A stretch of DNA of 64,000 bases from a virus. Position 1 is the first letter of the stretch, and the number at the start of each line of letters is the position of its first letter. The position numbers and the translations under genes are program-made. Below are positions 32,043-43,767 of this stretch, one piece after another. The notes below the pieces were generated by a model. The model searched no databases. It was not told where the DNA came from and saw only the letters and a program-made list of their open reading frames with translations. The DNA lies in the IMG/VR virus record IMGVR_UViG_3300042549_008472, positions 15,495 through 79,494 of that record; one strand, given 5' to 3'.

Positions 32043-32856
32043 ATATCCCGACGGAAGTTCTTATGTAACTGTTCATCCCATATCAGAATTTACTTTTAGA
32101 CTAAATAATTATGAAGATGTGTGGCACTTAAATCAAACAGTGGATGCTTTAAATAATTTAGGAATTACCCCAACAGTTACAATTCCTAATCTTTTAGATG
32201 CACAAGCTGATAGAAGATTTGCTAAAAATCAAAGTAGTGGTTTAAAACTAATTTGTAAGTTTTTAAATTCTATGAAAGCTGATTTTAAAGTTTTTCACCC
32301 TCACAACGGAGAACTTGTAGAAGGTTTAATGGACAGTGTAAAAATAATTGATAACTTTGGTTTTATAGGCAGAATTCTTTCTGAGCATTTCAATAATGGA
32401 AAAGGTATACACGGAGAATTTCAAAACAATTTGGTTTTATTCTCAAGTGATGCAGGTGGATTTAAACCTTTAATGAAGTTAGCCGATAAATTACAATGGA
32501 AAGGAGAAGTATATGGAGCTTCTAAGTCACGAAAGTATGAAGATGGTAAATCAAAATTAGTACAAGTTGTTGACAGAGAAGATTTTAGAGGTAAGGATGT
32601 GCTGATTATAGATGATTTAATGATAGGAGGCTCAACATTTGTAGGCTTAGCTAAAATGTTGAAGGAACGTAATTGCGGTAGATTATATTTAGCTTTGTCT
32701 CATATTACAATAGAGTCTCCAAATGCTGAAATATGGAAACTTTTCGACAGAGTTTTTACCACTAATTCTAAAGGTTTAGATTATATTGTAACGGTAGGTA
32801 GTTATGATAAATATGGTAAAAAACCTAAAAATCTAATAGTAGTTGATTTATTTTAA
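32029..32856 (+). CDS. PRPP-synthetase homologue, probably Adps (ADPR-PP synthetase) of NARP1
   Basis: YPDG, AQADRRF, HPH, SDAGG, LIIDDLMIGGSTF, VFTTNS. Confidence 0.85.
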   Translation: MEITKYPDGSSYVTVHPISEFTFRLNNYEDVWHLNQTVDALNNLGITPTVTIPNLLDAQADRRFAKNQSSGLKLICKFLNSMKADFKVFHPHNGELVEGLMDSVKIIDNFGFIGRILSEHFNNGKGIHGEFQNNLVLFSSDAGGFKPLMKLADKLQWKGEVYGASKSRKYEDGKSKLVQVVDREDFRGKDVLIIDDLMIGGSTFVGLAKMLKERNCGRLYLALSHITIESPNAEIWKLFDRVFTTNSKGLDYIVTVGSYDKYGKKPKNLIVVDLF

Positions 32857-32860
32857 TTTG

Positions 32861-32888
32861 AAGCGGGGATTAATTTTCTCCGCTTTTT
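32861..32888 (+). terminator. Rho-independent terminator
   Basis: AAGCGGGGA...TCTCCGCTT followed by T tract. Confidence 0.7.
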
Positions 32889-32889
32889 C

Positions 32890-32920
32890 TTGTTTAATAT
32901 AAAAATAACTTGTATATTTG
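32890..32920 (+). promoter_or_regulatory. Bacteroidota-type promoter
   Basis: TTG...TATATTTG. Confidence 0.55.
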
Positions 32921-32939
32921 TGGAATAAAATTAGAAATT

Positions 32940-33618
32940 ATGATAACACAAACAGAATATGGCTTAAAAGTAGAAGCGTTAGATTACGCCGTAAAAAGAA
33001 AAATAGTAAATGAAAAAACTATTGAAGCATATATAAACGCTTATAAATCTTGTGAAAGTAAATTCACCGTTGAAGTTATGTTAAATTACATTAGAAATGT
33101 ATGGAATCACTCCCAAGAAACTATTGAAAGAGAGGTCTCGACACATTACGCTTATTCAGGTTATGAATCTAGCAAAAGAGAACAGATTATGATGGAAAAA
33201 CAACTTGAAATATCAAAAAAAATAGGAGAGGCTTTAGAAATATTTAAAACGATTTAAGATTATGAAAGAACAACTAGAAAAATACAGCAGAGAAACAACA
33301 GTAGGAGAGATATTAGACAGTTTGAATGAAGACTTGTCTCAATATGAAGGACAGTTTTATAAACAGTTTAAAGAAGATATTGTCTTTGGAGATTCTTTAG
33401 ATGTTTTTTACATAGAAAGTTTTAAAGAAAACAGTGGAGAGTTTTATGGTAAAAGAGTTCACTTTTCTAATTGTGGGACTTGGGTTGATAGTGCGTATTC
33501 TGTTGTTTTTAATTCTTCTTCCGCGGAAAAAATAGAACACAGTGAATATATAAAATTTGTAGAAAAATCAAATAGAATTAGTGAACAAATTAAATACATT
33601 ATTAGAAATGAGAAGTAA
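32940..33618 (+). CDS. Two hypothetical genes (32940-33257, 33262-33618)
   Basis: Co-directional ORFs. Confidence 0.55.
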
Positions 33619-33704
33619 GACAGCAGAAAGGATAATAGAAGAAACTCCACAAGAAACTGAGGAAAGAGTTCAAAAGTGGGCGGAATAAATTTTAAAAACA
33701 GGGG

Positions 33705-34205
33705 GTGATGATAAAAGATAAAGTTTTATGTGCCATAATTCCAGAAGCAGTTTTTGAAGATATAAATGAAGAAGATTTGTGGATGGATTTAGAAGATTAT
33801 TCATTAAAGACAAAGAATTTCTATTACAAAATAATACCTCTTATTGACCATCCACATTCTGACATAGAAAACGGGCAAAGAGAAATCCATTATCATGCTG
33901 ATATGAGGTATAATGGAGAACAACCTAGCTTGGGAAAATATAAAATTCAAGTAGATTCTACTCGACCTATAAAAGGACAATTTGAAACAAGGTATTTTAA
34001 TTTGATAAGACATTCAGAAAATCATTCAGGAGGAACATCTGTGGAACGCATTAAAAATTCAAAGTTAAAGCATAAATGTATTCACAAAGGAAAATGTCCA
34101 CACAGGGGTTTCGATTTGAGCAATATAAATCCTATTGATGGAGTTATAACTTGTCCACTACACAGCTTAAAATTTGATGCAAAGACTAAAAAATTGATAG
34201 AATAG
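33705..34205 (+). CDS. Protein with C-terminal Rieske [2Fe-2S] motif
   Basis: CPHRG.DL...ITCPLH.LKFD (CxH...CxxH). Confidence 0.7.
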   Translation: MMIKDKVLCAIIPEAVFEDINEEDLWMDLEDYSLKTKNFYYKIIPLIDHPHSDIENGQREIHYHADMRYNGEQPSLGKYKIQVDSTRPIKGQFETRYFNLIRHSENHSGGTSVERIKNSKLKHKCIHKGKCPHRGFDLSNINPIDGVITCPLHSLKFDAKTKKLIE

Positions 34206-34350
34206 ATGAAAAATAAATGGATTGATGTAGAAGAATTTTTAGTTGTAAAAGAATTAAATACACTAAGAAGTAATGAAGTGCTACAGCAGATATGGCACGA
34301 GAATTGGTTAAAAGTACAAGAAATAGGAGTGGAAGAGTATTTAAAACAAT

Positions 34351-34948
34351 TTGAAGATGAAAAATAAAATGGTATTAGAAGAAATAAAACGGTTTGAGAA
34401 TGCACACAAAGAATTTACTTCTAAAATAAAGGAAGAAGAGGATAAGATACAGGTTGCAAAAAACAAAATAGATAATATTTTAAAAGAGCAAAGAGTTTAC
34501 ACAAATTCATGTAAACACACTTTAGATGATGGTAGTACAGCTTTTAAGGAATCGAGGTATTGGATTTCAGATATATACACTTATACAGATAATTGGACAG
34601 GGGAAGAAGCTGAAGGAGACAATGGGCATACACAATATATTAAAACCTGCCAAATTTGTGGAAAAGAAATAGAATATTAAAATTGATAGAATGAAAGAAA
34701 CTAAAGAACAATTAGCACTGTGGTACTATAAAAGAGATGTGGAAGGAGTTCCTTTGACACAAGATAAAATAATTCAGTCTTTTTTAGAAGGTTTTAATTC
34801 GGCGGAAAAGAAACTGCTCGATAAACTAAACCACTACAAAAGTCAACTAAAAGAGTTAACCTCTGCTAAGCTAGACAAGAGAGTAAACCAAGACAAAGTA
34901 AGAGAGTTAGAGATAAGGATAGAAACACTACAAGATTTGTTAAAATAA
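34351..34948 (+). CDS. Two hypothetical genes (34351-34680, 34691-34948)
   Basis: Last + strand ORFs before the strand switch. Confidence 0.55.
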
Positions 34949-34976
34949 AAAAGCCCCTAAGTGGGGCTATATTTTT
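34947..34976. terminator. Hairpin terminator at convergent strand switch
   Basis: A tract-AGCCCC-TAAGT-GGGGCT-T-rich. Confidence 0.7.
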
Positions 34977-35142
34977 GGAGTTTAATCGCTGAAGTGAGAT
35001 GGTAGCAGTCACAGTATTTACAATAGTACTTACGACCTGGCGTTAAGCCTTTCCAAACTCTATAGTCATTTACTTCAACAATTCTTCTCAGCTCATTTGA
35101 AGCCTCTTCTTCCGTATATCTTATTTTAACACATTGTTTCAT
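34957..35142 (-). CDS. Small Zn-finger-like protein
   Basis: YYCKYCDCYHLTS. Confidence 0.55.
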   Translation of the reverse strand: MKQCVKIRYTEEEASNELRRIVEVNDYRVWKGLTPGRKYYCKYCDCYHLTSAIKLQKYSPT

Positions 35143-35145
35143 TAT

Positions 35146-35910
35146 TTAATCTGTTATTTCTACTTGGTAAGCACACATTGCTTGGTAAACTTCATCTAAA
35201 ATTAGGGATTTCCATTTATTAGCAATTTCTTTTATGTATATTTCTTTTGCTTCTTTGTACGCTTGAAACGCTTCTTCTATAGTTTTATACAATCCTAAAT
35301 ATTTCTGAATACCATTTCCTATTTTTAAATAAGCTTTATATTTATTACCTTCTTTTACTACTCCTATTGGACAACTACCCCTATTAATATTGTTTTTAAT
35401 AAAAAGTGTATTGATTTCTTGTGGTACAAAGCAACAAGCTTCAGGTGAATAAACTTTGTTACCCTTGATTAAAATGTCCTTATCTAATTGCCAACCATCA
35501 ATATAGTTATTTTCAAACCATTGTGCAAAGTTTTGAAAGTTGTGCCACTCTTCTACTACGCTACATCCCTTATAAGTGGGTTGTTTTTCTTGTGTTTTTT
35601 CACTATAACATCTTAACAAAAGATTATACCATGTTCTATATTGCTTGTTAGTATTACCTTTATCTGAGGAAATATGGTCACCGTAACCAAAATATCCAAC
35701 ACCAAAAATTTCTTTATGGTAAGGGTTTTTAACACTCCCCCTTTTTAGATTAGATAGTCTAACTTTCATAATAAAACTATTCTCAAATTTTATATAAACA
35801 TTATTTTTATCTACATACTCAACTATAGTTACTTTATAATCTTGCTTAGTTATAAAGACCATATTAGTGTAAAAATTACTATTTAATTCTTGTCTTTCTT
35901 TATTTGTCAT
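35146..35910 (-). CDS. HNH-type homing endonuclease with AP2-like domain (paralogue of 23905-24843)
   Basis: YKGCSVVEEWHNFQNFAQW...LDKD...YSPEACCFVP...YLGLY.T.EEA. Confidence 0.75.
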   Translation of the reverse strand: MTNKERQELNSNFYTNMVFITKQDYKVTIVEYVDKNNVYIKFENSFIMKVRLSNLKRGSVKNPYHKEIFGVGYFGYGDHISSDKGNTNKQYRTWYNLLLRCYSEKTQEKQPTYKGCSVVEEWHNFQNFAQWFENNYIDGWQLDKDILIKGNKVYSPEACCFVPQEINTLFIKNNINRGSCPIGVVKEGNKYKAYLKIGNGIQKYLGLYKTIEEAFQAYKEAKEIYIKEIANKWKSLILDEVYQAMCAYQVEITD

Positions 35911-38433
35911 AATTTTTTCATTAATACTTTTTTACCTTCATAAGTTCCAAACTGAAATCCTTCTTTCTCTAATCTTTTATAAATATCTCTTCTTCTACTA
36001 TCACTCCAACCTATCATCAAATATTCTTTAAAATTACTGGTGTTTACTCTATTTTTATAGTAAGTCGGAAAATCATACATCGCCTCTTTAATATAAAGTA
36101 AAGCACGTAATCCGCCCAACGATTTATTCTGATATTTTAATATATTTATAACCTTTCGGTTTTGTTTGAAAGTCATATAATTTACCTTCTATAAGTCCAT
36201 CAGCTCTAATCCAAAAAGCAATCACCATATTAAAAGCAAACTCTTTATGATAATAGGTATCTTTTTCTATAGAACTGTTTCTATAACCTAATTTTTTAAG
36301 TTGATTATATATCTTTAATTTTGTACTATTACTTACTTCACTAACATCTATTGATGTTTCTCTTAAATCTATTTCTGTTATTTTCATTTTAATTTTTTTA
36401 CGGGCAAATCTGCCAAAGACGATAAAGCACTAATAAACTCGAAATCTATGAATTCGGGGAAAGAGAAATAAGAATCAATCGCCAAAATCATTGCTTCATT
36501 GTCGAGAAGCCTTAATCGAATGTTATAGCCGTCTGATTCTATTTGAAATAATTGTGGATTAGATTTAACTAAAACAAGTTTTCCAAGTAGTGTTTGACTG
36601 TTGAATCTTTCACTGAGAACTTTGTAATTTTCTGCGGAATAAATCATATTTTTATTTGATTAAGTTTTGGCAAAAACAAATGTTTACTGCCGAAGTTTAA
36701 TTTATCTTGCCCCACCAAATCATGTAAGGGTCGTATTTACAATTTTCACTATTATACTCAACACCCTCAAATAAATATTTATATCCTTTTGGAAGTACTT
36801 CGGTTATTAATCTAGCTTCTTTTTCATCCCAATCATCGGGTAAGACTAAACCACCTACCTCAAATCGTTTTGCAGGTTTGCACTTTTTATAGTTGTTCAT
36901 TTGTTAGTGTTTTTAATTCCTCAATCAATTCTAAAACGCCTTCTTCTGACAACACTGTACCTTCGTCTCCCATGTGTGCGCTAAACGGAAATACTATAAG
37001 TTGTAAACAGTTATCTTTATTATATTGAACTTCAAAATATCTCTTATCAAATTCAAATCCTGGACAATAATGTGAGGATTCTAAAATTTCCGCAAAAGAA
37101 TAAAAAGCAGCAAAATTAATTTCATCACTCTCTTCTAATCTTTCTAACTCCAAACATAATAAATACATAGTCTTTGTAACTCCAACTACCTTACTTCTCA
37201 TAATTTCTTAAATTTAATGTTCAAAAACCTATTCCACAAAACAGATGTATTAACTCTTTCAATTAGTGCATCTATTGTAATAATAATTGCACCTCCCCAA
37301 TTGAGTATAGGAATAAAAATAAAAACCCCATACTTAAACAAATCCCCAACAGTTTTTACGTCCTTATCTAAATAAATCGAGTATAAAAGCATAAGAATCA
37401 AAGGTAATACATACCCTAATAATATAATTTCTATCATAATAATTCTACTTTTAATATTAACTCTAATTTTTTAATCTCACTCAAAGTCCAATCATGTTCA
37501 CCTTTTAAATTCAGTTCAAAACCAACTGTTTCCTCTAACTCTTCTTTTTCTATTTTATTTTCGCGCAAAAAAGATAAAACAGCAAAAGAAATTTCAAAAG
37601 AACTATCTAACCAATACTTATTAATTTTTCTCCAACCTATTCTACCAAGAAATCCTGCATCTCCTTGATAAGCAGTTCTAGTTAACCAGTCACCAACTGT
37701 TTCTCCTTTAATACGTTTAAAAAATGTACGTGGTTGACAGTCTAAATAGAAGTTGTGGAAGTTTAATCCACTCTGTAGTTCTAGCATATTTTAATTATTA
37801 AATTCGTTACTAAAAGGAACAAAAGTACCTGTTTTAAATCTGTCTAATTCTATATCCCAACAGTCATATAACCATCCTCCTGGAACTTTCATTATAAAGA
37901 TACCAAATTCAGTTTGCAATCCTTCATGTAGTCCTAAATTGTACAGTGATTTCATAATTTTTATTTTGTTTTATATATCCACAAAGTATCGACGGTCTTA
38001 CCATCGGTTGTAAGTCTGTATTTGGGAATTATTTTATTTTTTGAACTTATTTCAGTTCCGCTAGGTAATAATGTCATACTAACTACCCCTATTACAATAC
38101 CTCCAAAAATACAACCCCATAAAAAACCCCTTTCAAATTGATTTTCCATAATTATTTAATTGTATCCCCCGCTTTTAAATTCTTCACATCAAACTTTAAA
38201 ACTCTTATAATACGAACAGTGTCTGTATTTTTAATGTATATGTTCACAGAACTATTACTAGAAAAAGTCTGAGACCACCCTACATAAATAAAACCCTTAT
38301 ATTTTTGAATAGGTTCAACATTTGTTGTAGTGCAAGAAATCGCGCAAAAAGCTAAAAACAGTAAAATTAATTTTTTCATAATATTTATATTCATTCCACA
38401 AAGATAAAGAATAGTTTTTAAATGACAAAACAA
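35907..38433 (-). CDS. Cluster of small hypothetical genes, including membrane proteins and a putative lipoprotein (38152-38379)
   Basis: Overlapping co-directional ORFs; MKKLILLFLAFCAISC lipobox-like. Confidence 0.55.
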
Positions 38434-38468
38434 AAAAGGAGAAACTTTTCAGCTCTCCTTGATTTTAA

Positions 38469-39524
38469 TTATTTATCTAATCTAAATCCAACAAATACAG
38501 GAAACCTCATAACACCCTCTTCACTTACTCCAAAATATCTAACTTCGCAAGTTTTACCAATGTAATCAGCTTTGTTTTTTAATAAGTCTACTCTTTCTTC
38601 ATGTGTCAATCTTGTACCTGCTTCATTTCTTTTACCTTTAAAATCAAAAACAGGTGTACCCCATTCAGGTCTTTGTATTCCTGGAACAACGTCTATGAGA
38701 GGAAGAGCCACATCGTCAAAGTCTTTTTTCTTTAATAAATTAGAACTTCTACCATTTAATTTATAACCTTCATTACCATGTCTTACAATAGAGCCCTCAT
38801 AACCTTCTTGTACAAAATTAATGTGAATTCTCTCTAAATCTTCTCTGTTTACTTCAAAGGTTTCAACTGTTTTTAGTGGTAAATTTAGATTTAAACTTTT
38901 AATGTGGTTACTTCTATTTTTAAATTTTTCGGCGGAAACAAAATCATAAATATGATACCAAACATCAAAAGACTCTTCTCTCCACTTCTTAATAAGTCTC
39001 ATATTTTCTTGAAAACTTTTACCATGGATATATAATTCTCCATCATAAACTCCATCAGGCAGTTCACTTAAAGCATCTACTATGTGAGGAAGAGTTGTAA
39101 TAGTTTTACCGTCTCTTGAAAGCATTTCTACTTCTCCATTCTTAACAGTTGATAAACAACGCATGCCGTCCAACTTAGCTTGAATAAAAACATCTCCATC
39201 CCAATCTATTTTCTTCTTTTCCTTTTCAAAATCTTTAGCTAACATTGGAAATAACTTCTCTCCATTTAAAGCTTCTTCTTGTGTTGGGTAGTAATCTTCT
39301 TTAAGCTTTATAGCAATCATAGCTTCCGCCTCTACTAAGCACTGTTCATAGTCTGTAGTTTCATTTACTTTTCCAATATTTTTACCTTTACATTCCTTTG
39401 AATGAATTATAGGACTATCTGTATCTAGTAATCCTGACTCTTGGAAAAGTGTGTTACCCTCAGTTCTAATAGTTAAAAATCTTAACTTTCCTTTTGAGTC
39501 TTTTTTGTAAATTGTTTGTGTCAT
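38469..39524 (-). CDS. lig: ATP-dependent DNA ligase
   Basis: PMLA, QAKLDGMR, DGELY, EG.IVR, LLK.K, RFPVF; start probably MTQTIYK. Confidence 0.9.
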   Translation of the reverse strand: MTQTIYKKDSKGKLRFLTIRTEGNTLFQESGLLDTDSPIIHSKECKGKNIGKVNETTDYEQCLVEAEAMIAIKLKEDYYPTQEEALNGEKLFPMLAKDFEKEKKKIDWDGDVFIQAKLDGMRCLSTVKNGEVEMLSRDGKTITTLPHIVDALSELPDGVYDGELYIHGKSFQENMRLIKKWREESFDVWYHIYDFVSAEKFKNRSNHIKSLNLNLPLKTVETFEVNREDLERIHINFVQEGYEGSIVRHGNEGYKLNGRSSNLLKKKDFDDVALPLIDVVPGIQRPEWGTPVFDFKGKRNEAGTRLTHEERVDLLKNKADYIGKTCEVRYFGVSEEGVMRFPVFVGFRLDK

Positions 39525-39541
39525 AATTGTGTTATTTTTGA

Positions 39542-39572
39542 CAAAGATATGATTAATTTTTATGTTGTGCAA
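39542..39572 (-). promoter_or_regulatory. Bacteroidota-type promoter
   Basis: Minus strand TTGCAC...TATCTTTG. Confidence 0.65.
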
Positions 39573-39658
39573 TTAAATTTCGCGGAAAAAGGATAAAAAA
39601 CAGACATTTTATAGTAAAAATATCAGTTCAAACCTGACTAGAGTGATATGAATGGTAA

Positions 39659-40270
39659 TTATACCGAATCCCATCCAACTCCATAACATATTTTATCAAA
39701 ACCAGCTCTGCCAACTTTATCGGAGAATAATTTATATAGATTATCATTATTTTTACCTTTTTTATAATTAGCTCGTATATATCTTACATCTTCATTGGTA
39801 AGGTTGGTGTTGGAATGTTGTTCTCCTTTTACTTTTTTAACGTTATCAAAACAGCCATTTATGTAAGCATGTAATCCATTTTCAGACTTAGTGCACCATT
39901 CTATATTAGAAATTCTGTTATCCCATTTCTTAAGGTTTAGATGATTTACAATTGGTAGGTTTTCAGGATTATTCACAAAGTGCTCAGCTACAACTCTATG
40001 CCCTAAAAAATTAAATCTTACACTATCTACATACAATATTAATTGCACATAACCATTTGAATAATAGTTGTTTTTTAAAATCTTACTTTTGGTGAATTGC
40101 TTTATACCATTACTTCTAGTTAATAATCTATCTTTATTTCTAAATCTACCTAAACTACTCACTTCATAATAATCTTCAAAACCTTTAATAGGTAGCCAAA
40201 TTTCACTTTCTAATTCTTCTTTAGTAAACTCAATTACCATTTTTCTTAACTCTTGCGTTGTTTGTTTCAT
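39659..40270 (-). CDS. NUMOD4-HNH homing endonuclease
   Basis: EIWLPIKGFE.YEVSSLGR; HRVVAEHF...VNH...DN...NIEWCT.SEN..H. Confidence 0.85.
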   Translation of the reverse strand: MKQTTQELRKMVIEFTKEELESEIWLPIKGFEDYYEVSSLGRFRNKDRLLTRSNGIKQFTKSKILKNNYYSNGYVQLILYVDSVRFNFLGHRVVAEHFVNNPENLPIVNHLNLKKWDNRISNIEWCTKSENGLHAYINGCFDNVKKVKGEQHSNTNLTNEDVRYIRANYKKGKNNDNLYKLFSDKVGRAGFDKICYGVGWDSV

Positions 40271-40290
40271 ACTTAATTTAAAATAAAAAT

Positions 40291-40394
40291 CCCGCAAACA
40301 AAAACTAGGTAGGATAGTCTTCGTAAGCGGGGGTAATAAAAATTCTTTAAAGGTAATTAAGCATCCTACCGAGTAATTACTGAGTGTAAATATA
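40291..40394 (-). promoter_or_regulatory. Two-hairpin leader with complementary loops
   Basis: Minus strand: GTAATTA-(GGTAGGAT)-TAATTAC hairpin then CCCGC-(ATCCTACC)-GCGGG hairpin. Confidence 0.55.
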
Positions 40395-40440
40395 CACCTT
40401 TAACTCTACACTTCCAAATGAGTGTTAAAATTTTAACTTT

Positions 40441-42027
40441 TTAGTAGAAAGTGGTGTATTTACCTTGGGTAATATGAATGTGTTGAGCTTTTCCATTAGG
40501 GTATATAACCACGTTAGAGGCATTCCAGCTTGACATTCCAAGATTATACCCCATCCTAAGTTTAGTAAGAGTTCCAACACATAAATGCCCATCCGTTTTT
40601 GAACTAGTATGTGAATGTGCAGTGACCGTTCTAACATTTAGGTTTTTATATTGTGTAATGCTGCCTCTCGACCCAGATGCCCCACGATTCCCATGGATGG
40701 ACAATTCAAAACCTAAAACATTGTAAGACTCATCTGCTCCAAGACACTTGATATGGTTGAACTCAGATTCTAATATATAAGCTATAATACCTTTAGGAGC
40801 TAAACCTTTTGCTGTAATGTTTGCATATTCAAGATATAGTTTTCTATTCCCTTCTTTTCTCCAATCACCGCTTTGTAACCATCTGTCAATGAAGTCGTTA
40901 TGATTTGCAGACGGAATAATGTAGTTGTATTTAGGCTTAACTTTAAACCACTCTCTTATGTAGTTAATTTCTTTTTCTAAAGAGTGAGAACCGTCTTCTT
41001 CTCTCTTCAATAACTGAAATGGATTGGACTTCTCGTGATGACTGATGCTCGACATATCCGCGATGTCATGGAGTATTACGTGTTTAGGTTTAAATTTATC
41101 TAACATACCAAAAGTAACTTCTACATTTTCTATATCCTCTGCTGTTAAATGTAAATCACCTAAAACGGCAACCTCAATTTTATCATTATTATGAATCACA
41201 CCATCAGTAAGACGATTATTCAAGTCATAGAAATTTCCGTTTTTCTCGGCAACAATTTGACGTATGTGAAAAATATCACCATCTAACTCTACTACAACAC
41301 ACCCTATGACATGATTAAATTCACTAGATTTTCCAATTTTTGTATCCGTATAGTTTTCAACTGTACATGCTCCTGTGGTTAGTAGAACTTTACTTGGATA
41401 CCCGTCCAATACTGGTAAAAATCTCATGTGGGAGCGAGGATGCCCAACAATACACGATTCTAGACCCGTCAAACCATTTAATGAGGTAAGGGGAAGTACT
41501 GATGTCGGTTGAATTTTTACGTCGCTTAAAACAACTAAATGCTTGTGTAAATTATGTCTGTTAGCATCAAGATAAGGTAAAATAGATTTATCCCAAGTAT
41601 TTACATTTTTTTCAGCCTTTTCTAATGCTTTACTAGATGCAAGAGAATTTGGATTTTTATAACGTCCAGCAATTATTAATATTTGTGCATCAATTTCTTC
41701 AGCATAGGCTTCCATATTTTTTAGAAAGCCCTTATGGACTTGTGTGTCTGACTGTGCCCAACTTATCAAAAATCTCTTCTTAGAATTATCATGCTGTTTT
41801 TTCTGAGCTTCCTTAAAGTCATCCGTGTCTTCAATTGTGACTACATTGTTAGTAACTCCTAATCTTTGCATAGCTTTTCTCATTCCTCTGCCATAAGTGT
41901 CATCATCAAATGTAAGTCCAAAATGTTCACACATCTTTCTTGCCGCAGGTGTTACACTACTTCCTTGGTCTACAAGATTTTTTACAAAGGTTATATACTC
42001 TTCTGGATACTTTGTCTTTTTACTCAT
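40441..42027 (-). CDS. Calcineurin-like metallophosphoesterase with N-terminal extension
   Basis: GDLH, LHD..D, NH, HG, AHSH. Confidence 0.75.
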   Translation of the reverse strand: MSKKTKYPEEYITFVKNLVDQGSSVTPAARKMCEHFGLTFDDDTYGRGMRKAMQRLGVTNNVVTIEDTDDFKEAQKKQHDNSKKRFLISWAQSDTQVHKGFLKNMEAYAEEIDAQILIIAGRYKNPNSLASSKALEKAEKNVNTWDKSILPYLDANRHNLHKHLVVLSDVKIQPTSVLPLTSLNGLTGLESCIVGHPRSHMRFLPVLDGYPSKVLLTTGACTVENYTDTKIGKSSEFNHVIGCVVVELDGDIFHIRQIVAEKNGNFYDLNNRLTDGVIHNNDKIEVAVLGDLHLTAEDIENVEVTFGMLDKFKPKHVILHDIADMSSISHHEKSNPFQLLKREEDGSHSLEKEINYIREWFKVKPKYNYIIPSANHNDFIDRWLQSGDWRKEGNRKLYLEYANITAKGLAPKGIIAYILESEFNHIKCLGADESYNVLGFELSIHGNRGASGSRGSITQYKNLNVRTVTAHSHTSSKTDGHLCVGTLTKLRMGYNLGMSSWNASNVVIYPNGKAQHIHITQGKYTTFY

Positions 42028-42125
42028 CTACTTTATTTTTAATTTCACGTTGTTTTAATAGTTCTTTTAAGTCGTCTAATTTTTCTATTTCTATGTTCCA
42101 AGCTTTTGCTAGTTGTTCTATGTAT

Positions 42126-43767
42126 TTATCCATTTTCTAGCTGTTTTTGTAGACGGTTTATCTGTTCTCTAATTCTATCTTTTTCCGCCGATTTATCTTC
42201 TTCTTGCTTTTTTAATTGTATCTCTATTTCACCGTCAAACCACTTTTTAAAGCCTTTTTCACTAAGCTTAAGTAAAAAGGAAGGGATAGTAGAAAAATCA
42301 TTGTTAGTGTATGATTCGTAGGGAATTCCATCATTATTAAATACAACAATTTTATCTCCGTCTATACTAAATGAATAATAGTTTAAAAAACTTTCAAAAC
42401 TCCTCTCTACATATTTAGACCTATGACCTAATAAATACACATAAATATCTTGCTCCCACAACTCTGATTGTTTGTTTGAAAGTTTATCACAGATTCCCCA
42501 CAAACGGTGTAAGTTTAATGTTTTCATATCTCCTTTATTTCATATTCCGAATTTTTAGTTTTAAAATGCCTGTCGTTAATTATTTCAATAATCTCTGTTG
42601 TCATCCACCGAAACATGCTGTTATATGGAGGCAAAATTAAAGCTGTTTCTATTTCAGGATTATCTATTAGTTCTTTTCCTCTACCATTCTCAAAAACTAC
42701 AAATTTATAGTGTTCTGTTTCAAATGTTTTTCCGTCGTTTATGCGAGTGATTTTATACATCTTTATACTTTCTTAATAGTTCAAATATTTTAGTAAGGTC
42801 TTCAAATGTAAATCCTTTATTTCTATAACCTACTACAAATCCATAGTCACTTTGAAACTTTTCTGTTACTCTTTTACCATTAATTGAATTAAAGTAAATC
42901 CAGGGGTAGTTTGCAAAATAGTCTGTTTCTATTCCTATCTTTTTTAATCGGCGAACAAAAATGTCTAATTTATCTTCCACTATTTTGAATGTTTTAAAAT
43001 TTCTTCTCTTTTATTAAAATCTGCGGATAAAAAATTAGAAAAAAGTTCTTGAATTTGCATATCAAAAACAACATTATTTTCCATAGAAAACCTTCTAAAA
43101 CACTTATCTTCAATTTCATCATCACTTAATTCATTTTCATCACACTCTTCTACTAAGTCTAAATATTCTGTGGCGTAATCTCTAATCTTGTAATTAGGAA
43201 CTTCATTTAAAACGTCATCCCAATTTTCATAGAAAATGTATTTAGAAATATCTCTATTCCTAATCATTTCTAAAGCTTCCTCTAAAAACTCTTGCTCTTT
43301 TATTGTTGTTTTCCAAGCACCTTCAATAACTTTTAAAAGGTCTTTCTGTTGTTTTTCTGTTCTGTTTGTCATAATGTTTTTTCTAAATGTTCAATACACC
43401 TCTTAACGCCAATTTCTAGAGCTTTTGTTCTTCCGATTATTCCCGAATTATTGTAGAACGGTCTTTTTACGTGAGGGAATTTACTCCCGTCTTCTTCCTT
43501 AAAATAACAACAAGTTACATATTTATATTCGCCCCTCAAAGGAAGTCCAATATAATAACCTTTGGTCTCTAAAAAATCCAAAATATTTCCCGTATGAAAA
43601 TGAAAAAACATCTCTAAATTATTAATTGAACCTAAAGCCAAAGCTATTTTTATATGTTCTACATCATATTCACAAAGTTCCCCATTGTTTTCACAGTAGT
43701 CTATAAAAACTTTAATTGCTTTTGTATTCTCACCAAACAAGGCTCTAAGTCCTACATTATTTCTCAT
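42126..43767 (-). CDS. Five small hypothetical genes
   Basis: Overlapping co-directional ORFs. Confidence 0.55.
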
